A stretch of DNA of 64,000 bases from an uncultured delta proteobacterium (GTDB lineage: Bacteria > Desulfobacterota > Syntrophobacteria > Syntrophobacterales > Syntrophobacteraceae). Positions 53,001 through 64,000 of this stretch are shown here, piece by piece. The stretch covers positions 32,001-96,000 of the forward strand of contig CAWEHK010000036.1 of the NCBI GenBank assembly GCA_963808625.1, given 5' to 3'. The notes below the pieces were generated by a model. The model did not search any database. It was not told the DNA's origin and was given only the letters and a program-made list of their open reading frames with translations. The position numbers were made by a program, and so were the translations under genes. The stretch's first letter is position 1, and every line of letters begins with the position of its first letter.

Positions 53001-56000
53001 ATGGAGGCCTGGGTATTTACTCTCAGTCCGCCAATACCGGGAAGGTCCTCTTTCAATAACCTCTACGCCAACGCCCCCTATGACCTCTACAACGATACCT
53101 CGTCACCCATCGACGGACGATACAATTACTGGGGTTTGACTACGATCAGTGAAATGAGCCTGGGTGGTGGGTATCGGAATATTGCGGCAATTTTTGACCT
53201 GTTTGACAACGGCTCCAAGGGAGTAGTCAATTATCTGCCATGGCGCAGCAGCCCGATGGATGCTTCATCCGGCCTGCTCTCCAGGATCACCGACCCGGCT
53301 TCGGGTGACACGCTCGGTGAAGGGGGCCTCACCATCCAGGGCATTGCCCGCGCTTCGGCGGGTCTGGAAAAAGTTCAAGTCAGCATCGACGGCGGGTTGA
53401 GTTGGAAGGACGCTGCCGCGGACCGAGGTATTTTGGCAAGACGCTTTGGAGCTATACGGTTGATGCGTTATACGAAGGAAGTTACACGATTCTTTCTCGA
53501 GCTGTTGACCGAAACGGCGAGGTCGAAGCCCCCGGAGACCGTATCGCCATTACCATTTCCCGAGGCCTGCTGACGACTTCGGGACGCTGGCCCATAACGA
53601 AACCTGGTCGGGAGTGGTGCAACTCGATGGCGATGTGATCGTCCCCGAGGGCATCACACTTACCGTCCTGCCCGGCACCATGCTTAGATTTCCTGCTCTC
53701 ACCGATGCGGCATTCGGTGGGGACAATCCGTACAAGTCCGAAATCATTGTGCGGGGCAGCCTGATTGCCCAAGGGACGGAAGAGCAGCCGATCGTTTTCA
53801 CTTCGGATGCCTTGCATCCGGCGAAGGGAGACTGGGGTGGGGTGCGTGGCGCTGGGACCCTGCGCCTCAGGTACATGCAGTGATGGAATATGCGACGACT
53901 GCTATTCGTTATCTTGCGGAAAGCGGCACCTATGAAGTTTTCATCGAGAACTCGACGATCCGGCACAACTCCGAAGACGGCATTAACCTGTTCTTCAGTG
54001 GTAATGCCAATATCTATGCCGTTATTGAGAATAATTTGATAACTGACAATGGCGCCATCGGCGTCTCGTGCCAGGCTAATAGCAACCGTACCGTAGCAAA
54101 CTTGCGCATTTGCGGGAATACGATCACCAACAACGGCGATTCCGGGGTTTTTTGCTTTGCCAATGCGGGCGCGAGCGGTCTTGTTTTTGATGCTGCTATT
54201 TGCAACAATACCATCCAGGCCCATCCCAAATATGGGATCTATTGCCACACTTACTATAGTCAATCCAAATTCTCTATTGATCATAACAACATCGACCGTT
54301 CTGGAACGGGGATCTTCGCTTATTATCGACGAAACTTATGGTTTAAGCAATTCTACGTTGAGCGTCAGCAACAACACCCTTTCTGCACAAAAGTACGGGA
54401 TAAATATTTATGCTGACAATTCCAGTATTTTGCCAACGATTCAAAACAATACCGTTCATGATCACACCTCAGATGGGATCGTCTGCAACTACTATCGTGA
54501 GTATTACCGGACTTCCTGCCAGTTGGTTCCCACTCTCTCCAACAACCAGGTCTTCAACAATGCCGGCAACGGGGTCTACCTCAACGCAACAAAGCCGGTT
54601 ACCGTATTGAACAATGGCTTATATGCCAACACCCTTTATGACCTGTATAACGGCTCCGGATCTGCCATAGACGCGAAGAGCAACTGGTGGGGAGTAGACA
54701 CTTCCAACGAAATGAATAGCGGTGGCAATCCCAAGAACATACAAAAGATCTTTGACACGTACGATAACAGCTTCAGTGGAACGGTGGATTATGCGAACTG
54801 GCTGAATCTCTATGATGTGCCCCATCCTCCTGTCGCTGAACACGGTAACTGCTTTTACCACTGCTTCCAGTCAGACGCTTTCCGGGACCAAGGAACCTGA
54901 CACCTCCGTCATTCTGAACGGAAACGAGGTGGTCCCGATTGATCCCGAGACGACCTGGTCGTATGAAAAACCCCTGACCGAAGGGATTAACCCCATCAGC
55001 CTCTATTCCCGAAACCTTGCCGGGATGGCAAGCGAAGTAGTGGTGACTCAGATAATCCGCGATACCACCGCGCCGCACATCCTGACTTCGGTGCCTGCCA
55101 ATGGCTCCTATGTCCTCCATCCGTGGAGAGCGATCGATCTTAAGCTGAAGGAGGAGACACGCAGATCGATGGAGCGCCACCACTCCGGGAAGCAACGGTG
55201 CGAGGATCCCCAGGGAGTGGAGGTTTCAGGTCAGTGGACGGCGGATGCCAACCACTTCGTGTTCACTCCCGAGATGCCGCTCTCCCTGGATGGGCTTTAC
55301 ACGGTGACCGTCCACCCGACGGATAAGCCGATCGGGAATACCCGCACCGAAACCCTTACCTTCACCGTGGACCTGACTGCTCCCGCAAGGCTGATTCTCG
55401 ATGAAGTGCCAAGCCCCACAAATATTACCCCGTTAACCCTTTCCGGCGCCAAGGAGGCCGGAGCGTCGGTATGGATGGATGGGCGCCAGGTTATCCCAGC
55501 CGATGGACTTACCAGCTGGTCTCTTCTCCTCGATCTGGCGGAAGGAGAAAACAGCCACCGGCTCTATGCCATGGACCTTGCCGGACACCGCAGTGAGGAG
55601 ACCGGAGTTCAGCATCATCCTTGATCGCGGCGCCACCGATACTCGACAAAACCGAGCCCGTAAACGACACCTTTGTCAAAGAAAGCCCACCACGGATTGC
55701 CTTCTTCTTTAGAGACCCAACCACCGGCCTTGCCGCTGCCACAACCCTGGCCAGCGCCACCGTCAGCAGTGGTGACGGCATGACCATCCCAGGGACCTGG
55801 GAGATCCAGGCAGTCAGGCACCGTCGTCTTTTACCCCGGCTCTTCCTTTTGCCGAGGGCGCTTACACGGCGAGAGTTCAGGCTAGCAGACCTTGCCGGAA
55901 ACATTACCCCGGCGACGATTAAGTTCACCTTCGATATTACTGCCCCTCAGGCGCCAACCCTTAACCCGGTAACCAACCCCACCATCGTGCCCTGCAAACG

Positions 56001-59000
56001 CTCTCCGGGACGAAGGAGGCAGGCAGCTCCATCTGGATCAACGGTTCCAGGTGATTCCTTTGAATCAGAAAACCTCGTGGTCCTATCCGCAAGGCCCTGG
56101 CCGAGGGGATGAACCACCTGGAAATCTATGCCAGGGACGCGGCGGGAAATCAGAGCCCGTCGGTTCTTGCCTCCATCCAATACGACAATACCGCGCCGCC
56201 TCCGGTCACCACGCTAAGGGCATCGGGAAGCGGGGCAGGAAATATGGTGTTTCTCGACTGGACGCGGCTACGATGAGGCAGGCGAAGAGGATGTGGCTTC
56301 CTACCGGGTTTATGTCTCTGACCAGCCCTTCACCATGGTGAGCGGGTATGACTCCGAACATAACCCTGCCTGCAGGGACCTTTACCCATAGTGTGCAAAA
56401 CCTCGTCAATGGCACTTGTTACTATTTTGCGGTGGTGGCCGTGGATACCATGGGGAATGCCCTCGAAACGGTCACTCCCGTTGCCGCCACCCCCTCCGAT
56501 ACCCAGCCGCCGGAAGATGGAACCAGTCTGCAAGTGCAGTGTTCACCCGGAAGTCTGCTGGTTAGCTGGCGCCCTTCTGCGAATAAGCGGGGAGACCTCG
56601 ACGGCTATCATGTCATGGTGGGAAACCCTCCCGAGCATTACACCATGCCGCCGAACCAAAACAGCTTCGAACTTTCCAGCCCCGGCCCGGGCTCAGCCTA
56701 CCCCATTACGGTCAAGGCCGTTGATACAAGTGGCAATGAGAGTCCCGGTATGGCAACCATTGCGGTGAGCTTTGCTGGATAATCCGCGAGGGGTCTCCGC
56801 CATCCCCTCCAGCGGTAAAGTGGGGCTTTCCTGGGCTCCCAGTCAGCCCGCCGAATATGTGAAATACTATTCCATCTACGTGGCGACGAGCGACTTCGCC
56901 AGTGTCGAGGGGATGACGCCGAGGCTGAACGTTGCGGGAACGAGCGCCACGGTTGCCGGTCTTACTAATGATGTCCCTTACTTCTTTGCGGTGACGGCGG
57001 TGAATCTTTCGGGGTGCGAGACGCCTGTGGTGACTGCGGTTGCCGCTACGCCGGTACCCGATCGGCTGGGGCCGGTGGTATCCGACCTGAAACTTGGCGG
57101 CTTGCCCCTGGCCAACGGTATGACGGTGAAGACTTCCGGAATCCTCACATTGAGTGCCACGGATGCATCAGGAATGAGCCGCGTTGAGTTCTCACTGGAT
57201 GGCGCCATCTTCGCCGTGGATACCAATGGCTCGACCCGTTATTCGGCCTTACTCAACATTCTTCCGCTTACTGATGGGAACCACGACCTCGTCATGGTCG
57301 CCTACGATACGCTTGGAAATCGCACCAGTGTGAGCTTTACGCTCAATATCGAACTTGCTCTGCCGTTGGCCCCAGCTATTACCAGCCCCACCTTCGGCGT
57401 CCTCGTGAATACCCCGACCATAACGGTTTCCGGACGTGCCGAAGCGAACTTCGAGGTGCTGCTCTACATTAACAGCATCCAAAAGGGTGCTTCGACGGTG
57501 GTGGACGGAAAGGGCAATTTCAGCATGGCTCTCACCCTGGTCGAGGGGGAAAACCGCATTCAGGCGGCAGCACGGAACCGTGCGGGAACCGGTCCAAAGA
57601 GTGCGGAAGTGCTGGTTACCCTGGATACCACCTTGCCTCAGAAGCCAACGGGCCTTTCCGCGCAATCCGGGGCGGGTGGTGCCATCAACCTTGCCTGGCG
57701 GTCCCCGGTCGAAAAATCCCTGAAAGGCTTTCATCTTTACCGGGCAGCGCAGCCCTTCAATGCTCCTGGGGAAGCGGTCAGGATCACCAGTTCGCCGGTC
57801 GCCGGCGCCGCTTTTCGGGACCTCCCCGCCGCTGACGGGACCTATATCTATCGGGTTTCCACGGTGGACCAGGCCGGCAACGAAAGCGGGCTCTCCGAAG
57901 CGGCTTCCGCCATTTCGGACCGCACCGCACCCTTTGCAACTGCCATCCAGTATGTCCCCTCGGGGCCCTATGATCCGGCAACGGGGAGAATGGCGCCTGG
58001 GACTGTTGCCGTGCATCTTACGGTGAGTGAGCCGCAGTCGTTTATCCCGTTTCTCAGTATCACCCCGCAGGGCGGCCTCCCGCTTGCGGTAGACCTCAGC
58101 CGGACTGCCGATATCGAGTATTCGGGCTGGTTTGCGATCAGCGAGACCACCCCTTCAGGGACCGCCTACGCCGTCTTCTCGGGCAGGGACCAGGTGGGGA
58201 ACCGGGGCACGGAGATCGCTCTCGGGGGCTCGCTTGAGATTGATACCGCCGGCCCTGCGATCACCCAGATCGTGGTCCAGCCCAAACAACCGATCAAGAA
58301 CGATCAGCAGAATCCGGTTCAGGTGAGTTTCATGATCGGCCTCAACGAAGCGGTGAAGCCCGGTACCGTGCCCGAAGTCTCGTATCTTCTCTCCGGCCAG
58401 GGGCGAAACCCGACGCGGGTCTCAACCCTCGCCCGCACCAGTGCGCAGCCGGGCCATGCCCAGACGTGGCTCGGCTCTTTGATGCTTCCCGCCGACGCCG
58501 GCCGGAAGGAAGTGGAAAATCTGCAATTCGTTTACCGGAGCATGGACGATCTCGGGAATATCGGCACCCGGGTTCTCTGCGACAACCGGTTCCAGGTCTA
58601 CCAGGGGGACCTGCCGCCTCTGGATGCGCCGCAGGGGCTCACCGGGAAGGCGCTTTCGGGAGGCAGGATCAAGCTCAACTGGAAGGCAGTCTCCGGCGCG
58701 GTGGGCTACCAGCTCTACCGCAAAGGCCCCGGCGAAGCGGAACTCTTGCCCCACCAAAGGTTTGGGGTGGTGCTGTCGTTCACCGATCAGGCAGCGGCTG
58801 ACGGGGTCTATGGTTACGCCATCGCGAGCATCCGGCGGGAAAACGACCAGGAAGCGGTGAGCGCCATGAGCGCTCCGATACAGGTGACTTCTGACTCGAT
58901 TGCCCCGTTGGCGCCGCAAAATCTCAAACTGCAGCTCATCGGTCAGGGCATCCTCGCCGGCTGGGAGGCGCCGCCCGGAGTCGATCCGGTTACTTACGCT

Positions 59001-62000
59001 CTCTACCGTGCCGATGCCAACGAGATCACCTCGGTTGCCGGCCTGTCCCCCATCATTAGGGGTATCCGTGGGGTCCAGGCACTGGATGCGAAGCCCTCGC
59101 TGACCGACCACTGCTATGTCGTGACGGCCGTCGATGAGGCCGGGAATGAATCGCCGCCGTCCAACTCCTTCTATCTCAATTTCACCCTGCTTCCCGTCTC
59201 GAGCCTCAAGGTGGTCCAGGACGGGACTGAATCCCCCGGTGATTTCCTGGACCCATCCGGGAGGGGACATTGCCGGGTACACCCTGAGTCTCGGCCCGGT
59301 GAAGCTCCATCAAGGACTGCTTACCGCGCTTTCCTTCACCGATACGGGCTACACCGGAGATGAGCGAAGCTACACCGTGACCGCCGTTGACAGCAACGGC
59401 ATCGAAAGCCCGGGGCGAAGCATCACCCTGCCGCTTCTCGAAGCGACCATAAAAGAGGGCGAGCAGCTCAAGCGCGGCCTCATGAATCGCCTTGAATACC
59501 TGGTCGAGAATCGCTCGGCAGCGAAGGTCGAGCACATTCGCCTGAAGAGTGTCATCGGCTCGCACCAGCACCTCTCGGAAGAGTTCAGCATGGATGCAGC
59601 AGGCTCACGGGTGGTGCCGGTATCCATCGGAGGCTATGCTGACCTTCCCGACTCTGCGAAGGTTACCACAACCATTTCTATCATTCCAAACGAAGGGGAA
59701 GAGGTGCGGGTCGTCCGCACCGCCGAAGTTGCGGTCCAGGATGGGAGGCTCGAGCTTGAAGTCCTCAATGAGGCGTTCACGCGGGGCGGTGTCGGGAAGG
59801 TCCAGTTTACCCTGAAGAACACCGGGGATGAAGAAATCGAGATCGTTACGGCAACGGCGTTCGGGATCTTCGCCCTCGAACGAAGTGACCTTCTCCCTCC
59901 TGGATGGCGACGGCAATGTGCTCTCCTATAGGCCTTTCAAACAAAACCTCGGGCAGAATGTGGTGGCCCTGGCAAATGGGAAGACGGTTGCCCGGATTCC
60001 CGCAGGAGCAGGGTTTACCTCGGACTTTATGGAAATTCCGGTGCCCCTTGGCGCTCCCGATCAGGCAATCGTGCAGCTTGCCGTGGCCAGAGATTTATTA
60101 CCATCAGGGGAAGCCCGAGCAGGTGGTGATGGACGGGATTGAGCACCAGGCGCCGGCTTTCGCTGGTAGATACGGCCTATTACGGGGAAGTCCTGAGCGT
60201 CACGCCCCAGGTCTCGAACGGCGATCAAAACATCGTGATCTCCGGCCGGGCTGTGGAACGGGCAACGGGGCAGCCCCTGGGAGCGGTGCCGCTGAAGCTG
60301 GTGATATCGGTAAGCGGTTTCGAGCGGACGTCAAGATCTACACCGATCCTGACGGGGCTTTTGCTTACCCTTTCACGCCGCTTCCCCTGGAATCGGGTGT
60401 CTACAAGGTCTGGGCGGTGCACCCGGAGGTCCAGGACAAACCGGTGCAGGGACAGTTTACGATAAACCGGGTGACCACTCAATCCGTGACCGTGAACCTG
60501 AACGTTCCGAAGAATTATGAACAGCAGGTCCGCATCCAGGTCAGTGCGGGAGACGGGACCGTCGTTCATAATGTGCGCCTCGCCTATGAGGCGGCCGACC
60601 AGCCGGGAGGCGTCCTCCCGACAGGGGTTCATGTGACGCTCGGGGCTCCCGTAGCAGTGCTTGGCTCGGGGGCGAGCGCTTCCCTCTCGCTCGGGGTGTG
60701 GGCGGATAACACTGCGGCCCAGACCGCGCGGCTTGGCGCTCAAGGTCAAGAGCGACGAAAAGAGCGCGGGCGCCTGGGGCTCGGTCGTGATCAACGCCCA
60801 GTTCTCGGATGCGCAGCCGGCCCTCTACTTTACTCCGGACCACCTGGAAACGGGAGTGGCGTTCGACGGCGTCGCCTCCGAGACGGTCACCCTGGAAAAC
60901 CGGGGCCTTGCCGATCTCAATAATGTCACGCTGACGCTCCTCTCCCAGGACGGGTCAGCAGCGCCTTCGTGGGCCCATTTGAATGCGGACTGTTCGCAGG
61001 GGGTGATCGCCATGGGCGAGAAACGACCGGTAAGTCTCTCCTTCAGTCCCACTTCGGTCACGGCCCAGGAAGGCTTTCACACCCTCTATCTTCGAGTTTC
61101 CAGTGCCAACTTCCGCACGATCAACATTCCGATCTATGTCTCCATCACCCAGTCCGGAATCGGAAATGCCATCTTTAAGGTGGCAGACATTTATACCGGT
61201 TCGCTCGATGCGAGCGGAAAGATCGTCCAGGGGCTTGCCGGGGCGAAAGTCACGGTCCAGAACGAACAGGTCCTGACCGTTGTGGCAACCCTCGGGACTG
61301 ATGGCCTGGGAGAGGCCTATTTCACGAATCTTCCGACCGGCCACTACCAGTACCGGATCACCGCCGGCAATCACCAGGAAGCGACCGGCCGGCTCTGGAT
61401 CAAGCCCGGGATCACTGCTACGGAGGAGGCCTTCCTGGCTTACAACCTGGTAACGGTTGTGTGGGAAGTGAAGGAGACGACCGTTCAGGACCAGTATGAA
61501 ATCGTCCTCAAGGCAACCTACGAAACCAACGTCCCGGCAGCTGTGGTGGTGATGGAGCCGGCTTCGGTGACATTGCCCGCGATGAGGACCGGCGATGTCC
61601 TGAACGGGGAATTTGCCCTGACCAACTACGGCCTCATTCGGGCGGAGCATCTGCAGTACCTCCTCCCGGCTGACAACCCCTATTTCAAATATGAGCTTCT
61701 GACGGCCATTCCCGCTTCCCTTGGCGCCAAGGAACGGATCTCGGTTCCCGTACCGCATCATCTGCCTCAAGTCCCCCAATCCGGCGCAGGATGGGGGGGC
61801 AACCGGCGGCGGATGTGAGCGGAGTGCGCAATTCGGCAAGGTGATTTACGACTATAAGTGCGCCAATGGCAGCAGTTTTTCAACCAGCTTTCCCTACTGT
61901 TATCTGTATGACAACGGGCAGTGTTCGGGTTCCTCCGGAAGTCCGGGTGGAGGCGGCGGAAGTGGCGGCACCGATTACTATGGGCCGCCTCCGGGCGGTG

Positions 62001-64000
62001 GGGGTGGCGGCAGCGGGGGCAGCGGGCCATCGCTCGAGCCGATCAAGGGCGTCAAGTGCTTGAAAATAGCGGAAAGAAGAGAGGACTTTCTTGATCTGAT
62101 CAAGACCGTAAAGAATGCCTGGAGCAAAGCCTGGCAGCGGATCAAGGACACTTTGCAGGACATCATGTTCTATGTCGGCTGCTCGGTTAATGCGGTGACG
62201 CGTGAGTACAACGATGAGGCCACCGACCTCGCGGTTAAGACGCCGGGGGAAGTCTCGGCGTGCAGCGACTCTTCTACGGAAATGAGTGGCATTGGGAATA
62301 CACACGCAACAACCTGCGTTTTGGATGGGATTCCCTGGGACAGTACATCGAATCCATCGAAAAGGGAGGGGTCCGCTATCAGCTTTCGGCAACGGGAACG
62401 ACCCCCGCCGTATTTATTCACGATACCTACCGAATTACCCAGCAGGAAAGCGGGTACCTGTGGGAGGACAAATTCAGGAACTGGATGGCATTCGGTCTCA
62501 CCGGAAGGATGATTTCCTTCGGTTCCCGCATCGGGGTCCTGGGGAAGCTCGTTTACGAAGAAGGTGAGAGCGGAAGGCTCATGGGAATTGCTGACCGAAA
62601 TGATCGGCAGGTCTTCTGGTTTGAATACATCTCGGATAATCGGATCGCAGCGGTCCGTGACGGCGTTGGCCGGCGCGTCGAATATGGCTACACCGGCTCT
62701 CACCTGACGAGCGTGAAGGATGTCCTTGGAAACCTGACCCTGTACGAGTACGACGCCACCGGGAGGCTGGTTAAGAGCACCGACTCCGGAGGACGTCCTA
62801 CCTTTATCAGCTACGATGCGTACGGCAATGTCTCCCAGGTGGTGGATCGCTTCGGTAAAGGGGACTTCTTCCAGTACGACTATGATGCGGGCAAAAACGA
62901 ATATTACGCTCAGATCAGGACCTCATCGGGGATGATCAAGGAAGTCTGGTATGACGGGGACGGTGAAACCAGGCGGGTAGATGTAAATGGGCGGACCATC
63001 AAGAAAATTGTGAAAGACAGCCGTGACCTGGTGGTTACCGATGAAAAGGGCAATACCACCAGGAAATACTACGACGAGTGGGACAATCTTACCAAGGTCA
63101 TCTACCCCGATGGATCTAGCGCGTCCTTCGAATACGAGCACACATTCAACAAGCTCACGCGCGCCAGGGACTTTCTTGGAAACGTCGACCGAGTTCACCT
63201 ACGACAGCAAGGGCAACCTGAGCCAGAAGGTCGAAGCCGTGGGCGCGAGTTGCGAACGGAAGACCACGTTTACGTATGACGAAGTGGGGCAGCTTCTTGG
63301 CGCATCCATTGCGGAGGATGCGGTGACGCAGAGCGCAGCGATAGCTCTCACCTACACCGCCGAGGGAAACCTCGCAACCCTGACCGATCCCGAAGGCAAT
63401 ACAAGTCACTTTCTCGAATACGACAACATGGGCAATCTCCTCAGGATGAAGCGATCCTCTCGGGCATCTCGGGACGCTCAGCTATGATCATCGCGGCCGG
63501 TTGACGGCAACCACCGACCCGCTTGGTCACACGACCGCCTTCGAATACGACGGCGCCAACAACCGGACAGCCCTCATCAATGCCGCCCTCAAGCGATTCG
63601 ATTTCGAGTACGACGATCATAACAACCTGGTGAGAGCGATTGATCCGCGCGGGAAAGTTGTGAGCGCCGAGTACAACACGGATGATCTGCCGACGAAAAC
63701 CGTCGATCAGGAGGGGAAGGGGTCGCGGTTTGAATATGACAGCGAGGGACGTCTTGTCAAGGCGATCGATGGTGCCGGAAATGAGACGGTTTACCACTAC
63801 GATGAAAGCCTGGAAACCGTGGCTTCCTCCTATAAGCCCGTGCAGATCGACTATCCGACCTATACCAGGAAGATCACTTACGACAGCCTGCAAAGGATCG
63901 TCCGGGAGACGGACATTCCGGATGGGAATACCACCCATTCCGCGAGTTACACGTACGACGCCGGAGGGAACATTGTTTCAAAACGGATGAAGAGGGGAAT
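50100..64000 (+). CDS. Giant secreted protein: 3 parallel beta-helix modules, Ig-like and FN3 domains, Cys/Gly-rich linker, RHS/YD repeats; many frameshifts; continues beyond the window
   Basis: Signal peptide at 50100; contiguous frame-switching ORFs with I.GN.I..N repeats, DxxP/GNxS Ig motifs, FN3 Y.FAVTAV motifs and YD repeats from ~62550 (YEYDATGRL, YDEWDNL, FEYDSEGRL). A single ORF is inferred. Confidence 0.75.

Overview
GC-rich bacterial chromosome segment. Gene content and order suggest a Desulfobacterota (Syntrophobacterales-like) organism; this is inference, not a database result. Many conserved genes (prmA, icd, pnp, rpsO, truB, infB, nusA) carry single-base frameshifts, which points to an unpolished long-read assembly rather than true pseudogenes. 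Core content: an ECF sigma/anti-sigma/VIT-vWA operon, prmA, icd, comF, cysQ, yajC-secD-secF, the rimP-nusA-ylxR-infB-ylxP-rbfA-DHH-truB-rpsO-pnp cluster and tRNA-Gly(CCC). Accessory highlights: (1) a decayed integron cassette array at about 18.8-26.2 kb with five attC-like sites, a Pc-like promoter and an integrase relic; two of its attC R' boxes were hit on the top strand by group II introns of different classes (one intact CL/IIB-type, one internally deleted IIC); (2) an operon encoding an exported pseudo-rhodanese, an exported transglutaminase-like protein and a probable >4500 aa beta-helix/Ig/FN3/RHS protein that runs off the window; (3) a 45-aa microprotein with four CxxC motifs, missed by the ORF track; (4) dense intergenic repeats: several MITE shells carrying REP-like hairpins, and heptamer tandem arrays. 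No CRISPR array or rRNA was seen.
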